From the IMG/VR virus record IMGVR_UViG_3300017655_000275: a stretch of DNA of 64,000 nucleotides. One strand, written 5' to 3'. Shown here piece by piece: positions 17,415 to 26,469 of this stretch. The notes beneath the pieces are model-generated. The model saw nothing but the letters and a program-made list of their open reading frames with translations. It made no database searches and had not been told where the DNA came from. How positions within the stretch are numbered: position 1 is the first letter of the stretch; every line of letters starts with the position of its first letter. A program made the position numbers and the translations under genes. The stretch is from a virus. Taxonomy: Duplodnaviria; Heunggongvirae; Uroviricota; Caudoviricetes.

Positions 17415-18959
17415 TCAGGATCCCAATCCAACTACGGCATCCGCGTCCGGAGCCGCGTAGCGTTCCGGCCAGACCCACCCGGCCTCGTCGACTTTCGATG
17501 GATCCACCGAAAGTTCCTTTGTCGAGATCAGGAACATGTCCTCGCTCCATGGAGGGGTGACGAGATCAGGACTTCCGAAGTGCTTGAAGAACCTGGTCGA
17601 GCCATGGCCGGTGGCCATGTAGACGTTCAATTCCGAACCTGGCTCGGTTTCAATGACCGCGACAGAATTATTCTTCGCATATTCATCGAGAAGCGTGCCG
17701 GCTTCCTCACGCGTAGTTGGAGCCCCCTGGACCGGCTCGTCACGATCTCCTATCCCGCCGTTTTCAGCGATGCGCTGCCCGCCGGCTACCAGGATGTCGA
17801 TCAGGATTTCCCGGTCGGCGAAGGTGACATCCCATAGGTCGCAGCAAACCTGGCCGATGACGTCAGGCCATGCGCCATCCTTCTTGCTGTAGTCGGAAGG
17901 ATCGTCCGGGTTGATGTCCCAGAGATCTTCATGATCCTCGTCGATCCAGCCGATCCGGTAGACGATGCCATCGCGTGTGACCTGCGGCACGCAATTGGTC
18001 GTATGGATCCGCATCAGACCCAGGCGCTCATAATGATCCTGCGTGCGCTCATCTACGCCTTTGTCAGCATTGATGCTTGTGCGGCTGTATTCGTCCTGGT
18101 CGTTGATACCTTCATTGAAGCCGGGGATGCGGAACCAGTCGGCCATGTATATCCGCCCGGAAGGTGCGCTGATCTTCAGATGCCTCAGTGGCTTTGGCGC
18201 ATCCCAGGGACCGAGCTCCTCGAACCGGGTCGTCTCGCCGGTCATGCGGTTCCCGTAATGCATGATGCCGGCCACCGGCTCAAGAAGGCTGTCGCTCTTC
18301 CAGGTAAGCCTCTGGTCGGTTTTGGGGCAACGCATTTCAGATGACATGCTGAAGAAACGTTTCGCACCTGATCCCATCAGAACGGCGCGTTCCGCTGCAG
18401 CTGCGGCGGCCTGGCTGACATGCTCAGGGCCAACCGGCATCAATGCCTTTGCGCCGGTTCGCCCGGACTTGTCATGGGCGGAATGTGGATCCAGGCCCGC
18501 ATCGGTCCTCAATTGCCGAATGCAATCGTAAGCGCCCTCGAAGATTCCCTGGCTGATGGCCTGCGGCAATGGACAGTGGAAAAGTGTGCTCCAACCATAT
18601 TTTGGGGCGTCAGCCGGACCCTTTTCGACGAAACGGTTCCACTCGACAGCTTCGCGAACCCCCCGCTCGGCTCCAAATGGAACAGGCCTCATCTTTCCCT
18701 GGTCGCGCAACTCCCCGAGAATTTGAAGCACCGCAAGTTGCAGAGCATCATGGTGAAAGATGTGCGGCAGAGAATGTTGGAGCGCTTCATCCGTCCCCAT
18801 TTCCTCTGCGCTTGGAAGCGGGGAGTTAAAGCTCTTTTTCACACCGCGAGAGTATCCATCCATGGTCGAAGAAATCCATCCATGGACAATCTCGGCGTTG
18901 ATATGCTTGCGGATGATCTCAGGATCGAATTCCAGTTTTCCGGTCTTCTTACTGCCCAT
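17415..18959 (-). CDS. hypothetical protein (514 aa), part of the minus-strand array ending in the restriction-modification gene
   Basis: Long ORF with strong coding periodicity. No recognised motif. Confidence 0.5.
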   Translation of the reverse strand: MGSKKTGKLEFDPEIIRKHINAEIVHGWISSTMDGYSRGVKKSFNSPLPSAEEMGTDEALQHSLPHIFHHDALQLAVLQILGELRDQGKMRPVPFGAERGVREAVEWNRFVEKGPADAPKYGWSTLFHCPLPQAISQGIFEGAYDCIRQLRTDAGLDPHSAHDKSGRTGAKALMPVGPEHVSQAAAAAAERAVLMGSGAKRFFSMSSEMRCPKTDQRLTWKSDSLLEPVAGIMHYGNRMTGETTRFEELGPWDAPKPLRHLKISAPSGRIYMADWFRIPGFNEGINDQDEYSRTSINADKGVDERTQDHYERLGLMRIHTTNCVPQVTRDGIVYRIGWIDEDHEDLWDINPDDPSDYSKKDGAWPDVIGQVCCDLWDVTFADREILIDILVAGGQRIAENGGIGDRDEPVQGAPTTREEAGTLLDEYAKNNSVAVIETEPGSELNVYMATGHGSTRFFKHFGSPDLVTPPWSEDMFLISTKELSVDPSKVDEAGWVWPERYAAPDADAVVGLGS

Positions 18960-18962
18960 TAT

Positions 18963-19625
18963 TCACATCCCCGGTTCTGCAGAGTCGGTATCGTTTTCAG
19001 CCTGATATTCCTCCACGTAATCCGTATCGGCGAGATAGACCTTGCCCTGGACAGGCGCATTCAGCCGCATCGCGGCGCTGCAATCCATGTTGCCAAGAGA
19101 CACTTTGAGTTCGCCTGACTCGGTCTCCACATAGACCTGACGCCCATCATCGAACAGGATCTCGATGGCTGCCGGGTATGTTCTGACGGCATATTTCAGG
19201 TTGCGAGGCGTCTCCTCACCTGGCTCGAGACCAAGTTCGAAAATTCGGAAATCTGACAGGGCAGAATACTGCCGGTTGCAGCCGGCATCGAGTTCTCGAG
19301 CGATCTTCCTGACATCGGTCAAATAATCGATCTCATCGTTGAAGAGTGCCCGATCCGCCGGATCGTGATTGTGACGTTCCACGGCATAGGCAAGATTAAG
19401 AAGAATGGGCGCGACGAGACGGGCAGCGACATGAAGCTGACCCCAGCCGGCATAGCGTTGCGCCGCCCGGAGCGTCTGCAGCATTTCCGACCTGACGCAA
19501 TCGGGAAAACCGTCGCTCGCCAAGGAAGGTTTTTCTGCCGTGCGGGTAAAGAGGCCCTCCCAGACAGGTAGGGCCTCTTTCAGTCTCTGCAGGCGGTCAT
19601 GAATTTGGGCATCCCGTTTCGACAT
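18963..19625 (-). CDS. hypothetical protein
   Basis: 220 aa. 3-nt gap to the downstream gene. Confidence 0.45.
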   Translation of the reverse strand: MSKRDAQIHDRLQRLKEALPVWEGLFTRTAEKPSLASDGFPDCVRSEMLQTLRAAQRYAGWGQLHVAARLVAPILLNLAYAVERHNHDPADRALFNDEIDYLTDVRKIARELDAGCNRQYSALSDFRIFELGLEPGEETPRNLKYAVRTYPAAIEILFDDGRQVYVETESGELKVSLGNMDCSAAMRLNAPVQGKVYLADTDYVEEYQAENDTDSAEPGM

Positions 19626-19635
19626 GTCATCGCCC

Positions 19636-20022
19636 TCACATTGACATCACGGTTTCCGTCTCGGGCTCATATCCCGAAAGACGTTCAACCTCCGCGGACA
19701 GACGATCCAGGGCACGAAGTTCATGCTTCCAATAGCCGGTATCATCCACATCGCCGGCCGGGTCCCAGTTGCCCGTCTGCTCTGCTTCCGAGATCTTCGC
19801 CTCGAGCGCTTCCCGGATCTGGGGAAAGCAAACGGAAGCCTCGCGTGCGTGCGGCAGCCTGCTTTCGACACTCCGATCGGTCGACCGGGAGGAGTAGAGG
19901 ATGTCGACAGCATTCACCATGTCATCACGGTCAGGGTTCGACCTGCGGAAATCGTTCAGCGCGTCAATCCAGGGCCGGTAATGGGTGACAACGTCATCCA
20001 GGGCATCCAGGTTGGGGTTCAT
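19636..20022 (-). CDS. hypothetical acidic protein
   Basis: Start MNPNLD with a GGAAGGAAAAAAGG SD. TTGCGAAAAG motif 29 nt upstream. Confidence 0.45.
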   Translation of the reverse strand: MNPNLDALDDVVTHYRPWIDALNDFRRSNPDRDDMVNAVDILYSSRSTDRSVESRLPHAREASVCFPQIREALEAKISEAEQTGNWDPAGDVDDTGYWKHELRALDRLSAEVERLSGYEPETETVMSM

Positions 20023-20111
20023 CCTTTTTTCCTTCCGGATCATCTTTTCGCAAAGGGGCAACATCACAAGAATAGGAGCGATCGTGCGAAAAAGACAACC
20101 GAAAGAGGCGA

Positions 20112-20468
20112 TCAGTCAGAGGATTTCCCCTCGACATGGAGATCCGCTTCAGACCGGACTTTTCCAGGATCCATGAACCAACGGGCGCCAAGCATCTGCT
20201 GCAGCGGATCATCACGCTCTGCCGTTGCAACGGGCAGTTCCCTGATGCGGGAAAGTGCATCCTTGAAAAATGCGGTCAGGCGATCACCTCCGGACCTGAC
20301 GCGGTTACGCGACAGGCTGGCCAGGTAGGCGAGCTGGCGCAGGTCTTGTTCATCATGGACCTCGGATGCCAAGATCTCACCTCGTGCCATCCTGCCGATC
20401 GCGATCAGCATGAAGCGCTCGCGTTCGCGGGCGCCGAGTCCTTCAAGGCTTGCAACCAGTGTCGTCAT
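20112..20468 (-). CDS. hypothetical protein downstream of, and overlapping, the DUF1814 NTase gene
   Basis: ATG (MTTLVAS) with a GAGGAA SD. Overlaps the NTase 3' end by 26 nt. The track start at 20492 is TTG. Confidence 0.35.
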   Translation of the reverse strand: MTTLVASLEGLGARERERFMLIAIGRMARGEILASEVHDEQDLRQLAYLASLSRNRVRSGGDRLTAFFKDALSRIRELPVATAERDDPLQQMLGARWFMDPGKVRSEADLHVEGKSSD

Positions 20469-21012
20469 TCCGACATTCCTCGAGAATCTCAATAGCCAGC
20501 TTTATGCTTGTGCGAATATATTCCTCGTTTCCAATGTAGTAATCAAGTGCTTCCTCAGCCCGCACCCTGACTTCCTCCGGATCGATGGGCATATGCGATG
20601 CGATCAGACGGATGTCATCCCGATCTCGCTCGATAAAACGTCCGATCTTTGATACGATCAGGTCAACCGGAGAGATTACCTTAATCGTCAGCTGCGGAAG
20701 GTCCGCAACCACTGTAGCATCGTCCTTCCAGTCCGGATGAAAGAGGCCAATGGAATCGGAAAATCCGGCATCTACAGACACCTTGACCGGGTCGCCATCC
20801 GCATCCTCCGTCATGAAGCTCTGCTGATCCATGGAAAGCAGGACACGATGAGACCATTCGATGTCCATGTCATCTGACATGCGAGCATCGGTGTAGAAGT
20901 TGACAGCTGTGCCCCCGGCCAGGTGAGCTACCACTTTTCCCCTTTTGGGATTGAAGCCCGTCGAAATGCTGGCCAGGTGCTGAAGCAGATCCTGCATCAA
21001 CCTTGTATTCAT
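20443..21012 (-). CDS. AbiEii/AbiGii-type (DUF1814) nucleotidyltransferase-fold protein
   Basis: VAHLAGGTAVNFYTDARMSDDMDIEW matches the hG[GS]...[DE]h[DE]h minimal NTase motif. This resembles the AbiEii toxin family. GGAGG SD before MNTRLMQ. Confidence 0.6.
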   Translation of the reverse strand: MNTRLMQDLLQHLASISTGFNPKRGKVVAHLAGGTAVNFYTDARMSDDMDIEWSHRVLLSMDQQSFMTEDADGDPVKVSVDAGFSDSIGLFHPDWKDDATVVADLPQLTIKVISPVDLIVSKIGRFIERDRDDIRLIASHMPIDPEEVRVRAEEALDYYIGNEEYIRTSIKLAIEILEECRNDDTGCKP

Positions 21013-21037
21013 GTTCATCCTCCATCGAAGAGTATTC

Positions 21038-21499
21038 CTATGGGGCAGGCTCTCGCGCCGCTTCCAAATCTTTCCGGGCCTCAAGAATAATCTTTTCAAA
21101 CTCGGATATCCACGTTTTCACCCTGGGCATACAGCTCTTCAGGGACTTCCTGTGCTCGCGGTTCATCCAGAAGAGATCGTCGTGCCGGTAAGGATCGGAC
21201 ATACCCTGAACATCGAGAGCATCCTCATTGAGATCCAGAATATCTCCGCCAGGCAATACCACGAACTGGTGGTCCCAGTTACCGCGGATCTTGCCGCCGA
21301 AGACCTCCCTGGCGAAGAGGGAGGTGAATTTGCAGGAACTTGACAGGTCTTGCGGTGGCGCCATGAGCCTTTCCGTGGCGCGTTCGCGCCACTTCGCAAG
21401 GACGAACTGCTTCGCGAATTCGACGTTCTCGGCTGTGGCGGCTATCGGCAAAATGCTCATGGCCGGATCATGATAATGAGTTGAGAAAAAGCAATTCAT
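21038..21499 (-). CDS. hypothetical protein upstream of the DUF1814 NTase (possible cognate partner; no obvious HTH)
   Basis: Start chosen at MNCFF (AAAGG SD). The 3' end overlaps the NTase start region. Confidence 0.35.
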   Translation of the reverse strand: MNCFFSTHYHDPAMSILPIAATAENVEFAKQFVLAKWRERATERLMAPPQDLSSSCKFTSLFAREVFGGKIRGNWDHQFVVLPGGDILDLNEDALDVQGMSDPYRHDDLFWMNREHRKSLKSCMPRVKTWISEFEKIILEARKDLEAAREPAP

Positions 21500-21545
21500 T
21501 TTTCGTTGCCTTTCCGTATTCTTCACCCAAGCCATGGAGGTTGAT

Positions 21546-21749
21546 ATGCGCCTGACCGATCAGGAAATCGAAGGACTGACCGATGAGATACTGGGACGCA
21601 TCCGGGATATCGCCCGCAACATCGAGCAGCCCGGGATTTTCATGAACCATCTCTGCCAGGCCTTGGTTCGCGAAATCATCGAACATGATCCGGGCTTCGA
21701 TATCTTCGATTTCGTCGAAGCCGCAAGGGAGCCGGTCTCATGCCCTTGA
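21546..21749 (+). CDS. hypothetical small acidic protein
   Basis: GGAGG SD 6 nt before the ATG (MRLTDQEIEGL). Confidence 0.4.
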   Translation: MRLTDQEIEGLTDEILGRIRDIARNIEQPGIFMNHLCQALVREIIEHDPGFDIFDFVEAAREPVSCP

Positions 21750-22480
21750 AACCAGCAAGAAGGCCCTTCTTCGCCAATTGCGTCGGTTGGCCAGAGGATT
21801 TGCAGATGCTCGAATTCCTGATCGAGGAGGGCGAGGAGGTTTCCCGGGACGAATTCCTGCGGCTGGTGGACAAGGAGATCCTTGCGGGGCTCGAGCGCGA
21901 TCTCGGCTACGACCGGCATCTCAGGATGAAGGACGACTATCATGTCGGCTACCGGGTGGAGCCGCGGACCGGGATTCCCTTCTTCGTGCATTCCGCGATC
22001 GAGTTCGTCTTTGCGACCAATGATGAGGTCGACGGTCTCCGCGACATTGTTCAGGACCAGATCAACAGGGAATCGGAGGTTCCAATGCAGAATACGAAAG
22101 TCAGCTATCTCTACAGGGATGGCGGAAACAACAAGATATCGCGGGATGTCGTGATCGCTGGTGCGATGACTTCATCCCAGATCGCCATGTTCTGGGAAAA
22201 ATGCGATCGGGAAATTGATGACCATCCCAGTTTCGTTCCGGGCCAGATCGGACTTCCCGACTTGCAAGCCGGTGATGAGGGCAAATACCCGTGGATCGAG
22301 GACATCGACCATCCCTGGCATATCCTGCAAGCCATAGAACATACGGATGAGGAACCAACGATACGTTTGTCGGCCGAGGATCTGGCATCCGAACTGGAAG
22401 AGATCGAGAAGGTCGAGGGATGGGATCGCGATCACCGGCCTGAGGAAGATTTCAATCCTCGGCCGGAGCTGCAAATCTGA
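21740..22480 (+). CDS. hypothetical protein
   Basis: 246 aa. AAGGGAG SD. Followed by a terminator hairpin. Confidence 0.45.
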   Translation: MPLKPARRPFFANCVGWPEDLQMLEFLIEEGEEVSRDEFLRLVDKEILAGLERDLGYDRHLRMKDDYHVGYRVEPRTGIPFFVHSAIEFVFATNDEVDGLRDIVQDQINRESEVPMQNTKVSYLYRDGGNNKISRDVVIAGAMTSSQIAMFWEKCDREIDDHPSFVPGQIGLPDLQAGDEGKYPWIEDIDHPWHILQAIEHTDEEPTIRLSAEDLASELEEIEKVEGWDRDHRPEEDFNPRPELQI

Positions 22481-22489
22481 ACCAAAATA

Positions 22490-22520
22490 CCTCCCATTCA
22501 CTGGAATGGGAGGACATTTC
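22490..22520 (+). terminator. Rho-independent terminator
   Basis: 10-bp stem (cctcccattc / gaatgggagg), loop actg, then acatttcttg. Confidence 0.5.
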
Positions 22521-22645
22521 TTGCCATGGGAATTTCGAATCCCCGTTGACCGAGAAGCAGGGTCCCGGTAAGTTTGCGAAAATTAATCAATGGCAGGGGC
22601 TTGAGCTCCAGCCCGGTGAAAGACCGGCCCGGGAGGCCGCGACCC

Positions 22646-22996
22646 ATGAACCCTGAAGCGATCGTCGATCTTATCGAGAATGCTCGCGTGGACCTGTCCA
22701 CGGAGACATTGGCTCAGCGGGGGCTTGCCCGTCTTTTCATGGACGCGGGACTCGATGCAAAAGCCGAGGTCCGGCTCAGCGACCGCGAGCGGATTGACTT
22801 CATGATCGGTCGGATCGGGCTTGAGGTGAAGATCGGACACCCGCGCCGGGCCATTTTGCGTCAACTCGAACGCTATGCGAAATCAGATGAGGTGGACGCA
22901 CTCATCCTGGTGACTTCCGTGGCCTTCCCGACGACCAACCCTCCCATCGACGGCAAACCGCTGCATGTCGCGTCCCTTTCGCGAGGATGGCTGTGA
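22646..22996 (+). CDS. small PD-(D/E)xK nuclease-like protein (VRR-NUC-like) coupled to the helicase gene
   Basis: RIDFMIGRIGLEVKIG gives a D...E-V-K motif. GGGAGG SD. Overlaps the helicase start by 10 nt. Confidence 0.4.
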   Translation: MNPEAIVDLIENARVDLSTETLAQRGLARLFMDAGLDAKAEVRLSDRERIDFMIGRIGLEVKIGHPRRAILRQLERYAKSDEVDALILVTSVAFPTTNPPIDGKPLHVASLSRGWL

Positions 22997-24741
22997 ACGG
23001 GCGGCTGGACTTCCGCGCCGGCAGCTGGACGGTCTCCGAGCTGCCGGGGCACATTTCCCTGCGCTTCAAGCAGATCTTCACCGGAATTCCGGCCGGCGCC
23101 GTCCCCCCTTTCAAACTGCGCGATACGCCGGACCGGGCGACGGATCTGGACTGGTTCATGCAGCGATATCCGCTGGAGATGAGCAAGGCGGCCCGCCGCA
23201 AGCTCGACGGATCGATCGAGGATTATCGCCAATCCCGGGAACAGCTGGCACATCTCTTGAGCGCGGCCTACCGCCCCGGCGAGATCGGGGGTATTCGCGA
23301 GCCTGAGCGGGCGGACCCGCATCAGGTGCGCGCCGCAGAGCTGATCCGCAATGCAGGGCGGCTTCTACTGCTCGACGATGTGGGGCTGGGCAAGACGCTC
23401 TCCTCCCTGGCGGCCATCGCGGATGGCTGGGGTTTGCCGGTGGCCATCGTGGTCCAGCCGCATGTCGCGGATCAGTGGCAGGCAGCGATCGAACGCTTCA
23501 CCCACCTGCGCGCGGTCCAGATCAAAACGACGAAGCCACACAAGCTCGACCCGCATGATATCTACATCTTCCGGTATACGAATATGGCCGGATGGGTGGA
23601 CATGTTCCCGGCGCTCGGGCTGAAGACGGTTATCTTCGACGAAATCCAGGAGCTGCGTCACGGCTCGGATACCGCCAAGGGCCGCGCCGCCAAGGCGCTG
23701 ATCGCGGCCTGCGACCATCATATCGGCCTGACCGCCACGCCGATCTACAATTACGGTGACGAGATCTACACTGTCGTGGAATATGTGGCGCCCGGCTGCC
23801 TTGGAACCCGAGAGGAGTTCCGCATCAACTGGTGCCGGATGCAGGGGACCCACTGGATCGTCAAGGAGCCGGAGGCGCTCGGCGCCTTCCTTCAGGCCGA
23901 GGGCATCGCGTTGCGGCGCACCGAGGACGATCCAGAAGTGGCCCAGTCCGTCCCGCCGCTCAAACGTGCCCTGTTCCAGGTGGCCTGGAACGACGGCGAC
24001 GTGGAAACGGACCGGGAGCTGCAGCGCCGCCTGGCCCAGCGGGTTCTGACCGGCAGCTTCACCCAGCGCGGCCAGGCCGCGCGCGAACTCGACATCCTGC
24101 TGCGCCAGGAGACCGGCATCGCCAAGGCCCGCGCCGTTGCGGCCTATGTGCGCAACCTGGTCGAGAACGGCGAACAGGTGATCCTGGGCGGCTGGCACCG
24201 AGAGGTCTACCGGATCTGGCAGGAAGCCCTGTCGGACCTGCGCGTCGTGATGTTCACCGGATCGGAATCCCAGAAACAGAAGCGGGATGCCAAAGAGGCC
24301 ATCATGAGGGGCGAGGCGGATGTGATCATCATCTCTCTGAGGTCCGGCGCGGGTCTCGACGGGCTGCAGTTCCGCATCCGTCATGTGGTCTTCGGCGAGT
24401 TGGACTGGTCCCCCGAGGTCCACAAGCAACTCGTTGGCCGCGCGCGCCGTCGCGGACAGTCTCGCGAGGTGACTGCCCATTACCTCTGGACCGATGGCGG
24501 CTCCGACCCTGTCATCATGGGCATGCTCGGGCTGAAAGCCTCCCAGGCGGACGGCATCCTGAACCCCTATGTCCGGGAAGACCGGAACGCGCCGGAGCCC
24601 GCCGATGAGAACAGGATGCGCGAAATGGCGCGGGCGATCCTTGATCGTCCCGATCCCGATCCAGCCCAGAATATGGCTGCAATCGCAGCTCCGCCTCCGC
24701 CCTCCGATATCCCGGATTTCAATCAAGTCGTCTGGGCTTGA
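22987..24741 (+). CDS. SNF2-family (SF2) helicase, phage-type
   Basis: LLLDDVGLGKTLSSLA (motif I), VIFDEIQELRH (motif II), GLTATP (motif III), and a C-terminal helicase domain QLVGRARRRGQ (motif VI). Confidence 0.75.
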   Translation: MAVNGRLDFRAGSWTVSELPGHISLRFKQIFTGIPAGAVPPFKLRDTPDRATDLDWFMQRYPLEMSKAARRKLDGSIEDYRQSREQLAHLLSAAYRPGEIGGIREPERADPHQVRAAELIRNAGRLLLLDDVGLGKTLSSLAAIADGWGLPVAIVVQPHVADQWQAAIERFTHLRAVQIKTTKPHKLDPHDIYIFRYTNMAGWVDMFPALGLKTVIFDEIQELRHGSDTAKGRAAKALIAACDHHIGLTATPIYNYGDEIYTVVEYVAPGCLGTREEFRINWCRMQGTHWIVKEPEALGAFLQAEGIALRRTEDDPEVAQSVPPLKRALFQVAWNDGDVETDRELQRRLAQRVLTGSFTQRGQAARELDILLRQETGIAKARAVAAYVRNLVENGEQVILGGWHREVYRIWQEALSDLRVVMFTGSESQKQKRDAKEAIMRGEADVIIISLRSGAGLDGLQFRIRHVVFGELDWSPEVHKQLVGRARRRGQSREVTAHYLWTDGGSDPVIMGMLGLKASQADGILNPYVREDRNAPEPADENRMREMARAILDRPDPDPAQNMAAIAAPPPPSDIPDFNQVVWA

Positions 24742-24813
24742 GCCTGGAAGGTGTTGGTAAAAGCCTTCTCTGCCGATCCTCCTGTCTTGATTGGAAGGCG
24801 TCGCCTTGCGATA

Positions 24814-24822
24814 ATGCGAAAA
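24814..24822 (+). promoter_or_regulatory. ATGCGAAAA motif instance (27 nt upstream of the ATG at 24841)
   Basis: One member of the recurrent 8-9-mer family; see findings. Confidence 0.3.
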
Positions 24823-24840
24823 ACACAAGGCGCGAGAACG

Positions 24841-25440
24841 ATGAACTTTTACACCGCAGATCCACATCTCATGCACGAGGCCATTATCCGCATGTGCCGG
24901 AGGCCATTTTCCACTGTCGGCGAGATGAATGAAGCCATCATCGGAAATGCCGCCACTGTCATGACAGGAAAGGATGATCTCTGGATCCTCGGGGATGTCT
25001 CTCTTGCAAAGGGGGCGGACCGGGATCTTGTCAGGGCCATGATCGGTCGGATTCCAGGTCGCAAACATCTGGTGCGAGGCAACCACGACAAAAGCTGGAT
25101 CGAGGATCTGGGCTGGCATTCGATCCACGACTTCATCGAGGTCAAGGATGGCGGGCGGCGCGTTTCTCTCTTCCATTACCCGATGGTGACCTGGCCCGGC
25201 ATTCGCCACGGAGCCCTGCAACTTTTCGGCCATGTGCATGACAACTGGCTGGGCCAGCGCAATTCGGTGAATGTCGGCGTGGACTTCTGGGGCTTCAAGC
25301 CAGTTTCCGTCGATGAGGCCGCGTTGCGCGCGGCGGAACTGCCTTGTAGTCAAGCGTTGCTGGACTGCGAGCCAGGTTACGGAGAGCCCGCCTTTGGCAG
25401 AGGCACGCCCCGCAACCGGCAACTTTGCGAGGAGGTTTGA
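24841..25440 (+). CDS. calcineurin-like metallophosphoesterase
   Basis: LWILGDVS, GNHD and GHVH motifs. ATGCGAAAA motif 27 nt upstream of the ATG. Confidence 0.6.
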   Translation: MNFYTADPHLMHEAIIRMCRRPFSTVGEMNEAIIGNAATVMTGKDDLWILGDVSLAKGADRDLVRAMIGRIPGRKHLVRGNHDKSWIEDLGWHSIHDFIEVKDGGRRVSLFHYPMVTWPGIRHGALQLFGHVHDNWLGQRNSVNVGVDFWGFKPVSVDEAALRAAELPCSQALLDCEPGYGEPAFGRGTPRNRQLCEEV

Positions 25441-25458
25441 TGGTTCTGGATGCAAGCG

Positions 25459-26253
25459 CTACCGCCTGCAGGATCGCCGAACAGAATTTCGGAGATTGCT
25501 GCCCTCGCTACCGGCCAGGTTCTTCAGGTTGATCGCGGCATTGATGTCGCGGTCATGATCGGCGCCGCATGTGGCGCAGGTCCAGGAACGGACCGAGAGT
25601 GGAAGCTGATCCACCTTGCTGTGACAGCCGGAACAGGTCTTGCTCGAGGGAAAGAACCTGTCGGCGACCATCAGTCGCCCGCCGGCCCGCTCGAGCTTGT
25701 AGCCGAGCTGACGGCGGAATTCGTAAAAGCCCATATCGGCGATCGCCCGGGCAAGACGGCCATTGCCCATCATGCCCCGGACATTGAGATCCTCGATCGC
25801 CACGCTGCCAAAGCGGCGCGACAGCATCGTCGTCAGCTTGTGCAGGCTGTCCTGGCGGATATTGCGGATCCGGGCATGGAGCTTCGCGATCCGCGCCCGG
25901 GACCGGGCCCGGTTCTTGCCGCCCTTCATCTTGCGGGCGTGCGATCTCTGCAGTTTCGCAAGCTTCCTGAGATGCGAGCGCAGCGCCTTCGGACCCGCGA
26001 TCTTCTCGCCAGTGCTCAGGGTCGCCAGATCGGTGATCCCGAGATCGACGCCGACCGCCGGCCGGTGATTGTGCAGGGGCTGCTCATGGTCGATCTCGGC
26101 CATGACCGCGGCAAACCAGCGACCGCCCTCCTTCGAAATCACCACCGATTTCAGATCGGGGTTGAGATCCGGGCTGAAGCGATAGGCCTCGTGCATCCTG
26201 ACCCAACCGATCCGCGGCAGCTTCAGGCGCCGTCTACTACGTCTTCCATATAT
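25459..26253 (-). pseudogene. tnpB: IS605-family tnpB remnant (N-terminally truncated by about 110 aa; RuvC-I/II/III and zinc finger retained)
   Basis: KLPRIGWV, GVDLGI (RuvC-I) and CSGCHSKVD...CATCGADHDRDINAAINL (zinc finger / RuvC-III) are present. The reading frame is closed by a stop at 26254-26256. No tnpA nearby. Confidence 0.7.
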
Positions 26254-26469
26254 TCAGCCGGGAGCGCTGGTGCATGGCGGAGCAAATTCTCGGAGTCGAA
26301 GGTAACGGACCTCATGCGAGCGAGATGGATCGGCTGAATTCGCACCGCATGTTCAAGAATGTCTGGTATCGGACACCCGAACTCGGGAAAAAGATTCGCA
26401 AGTTTCGTATCGAAGGCTCATTTGAAATGATGTTCCCTGAACCAGGATCCCAATCAGGAAGAGATAATC

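Noticed and set aside
14215-21499. BREX system (because of the MmeI-like MTase)
   Set aside because: The 974-aa enzyme carries the N-terminal D/ExK nuclease block of true MmeI-type RM enzymes. No BrxC-size ATPase, PglZ or BrxL is present.
22525-22556. tRNA-like TTCGAATCC segment upstream of the VRR-NUC-like gene
   Set aside because: No complementary T-stem or acceptor stem. The adjacent hairpin is a terminator. It is kept only as a possible degenerate att-like repeat.
23365-25455. 696-aa minus-strand ORF
   Set aside because: It is antisense to the SNF2 helicase and phosphoesterase genes, both of which carry canonical motifs. Its composition is an artefact of high GC.
25450-26337. 295-aa plus-strand ORF
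   Set aside because: It is antisense to the tnpB remnant, whose translation shows RuvC and zinc-finger motifs.
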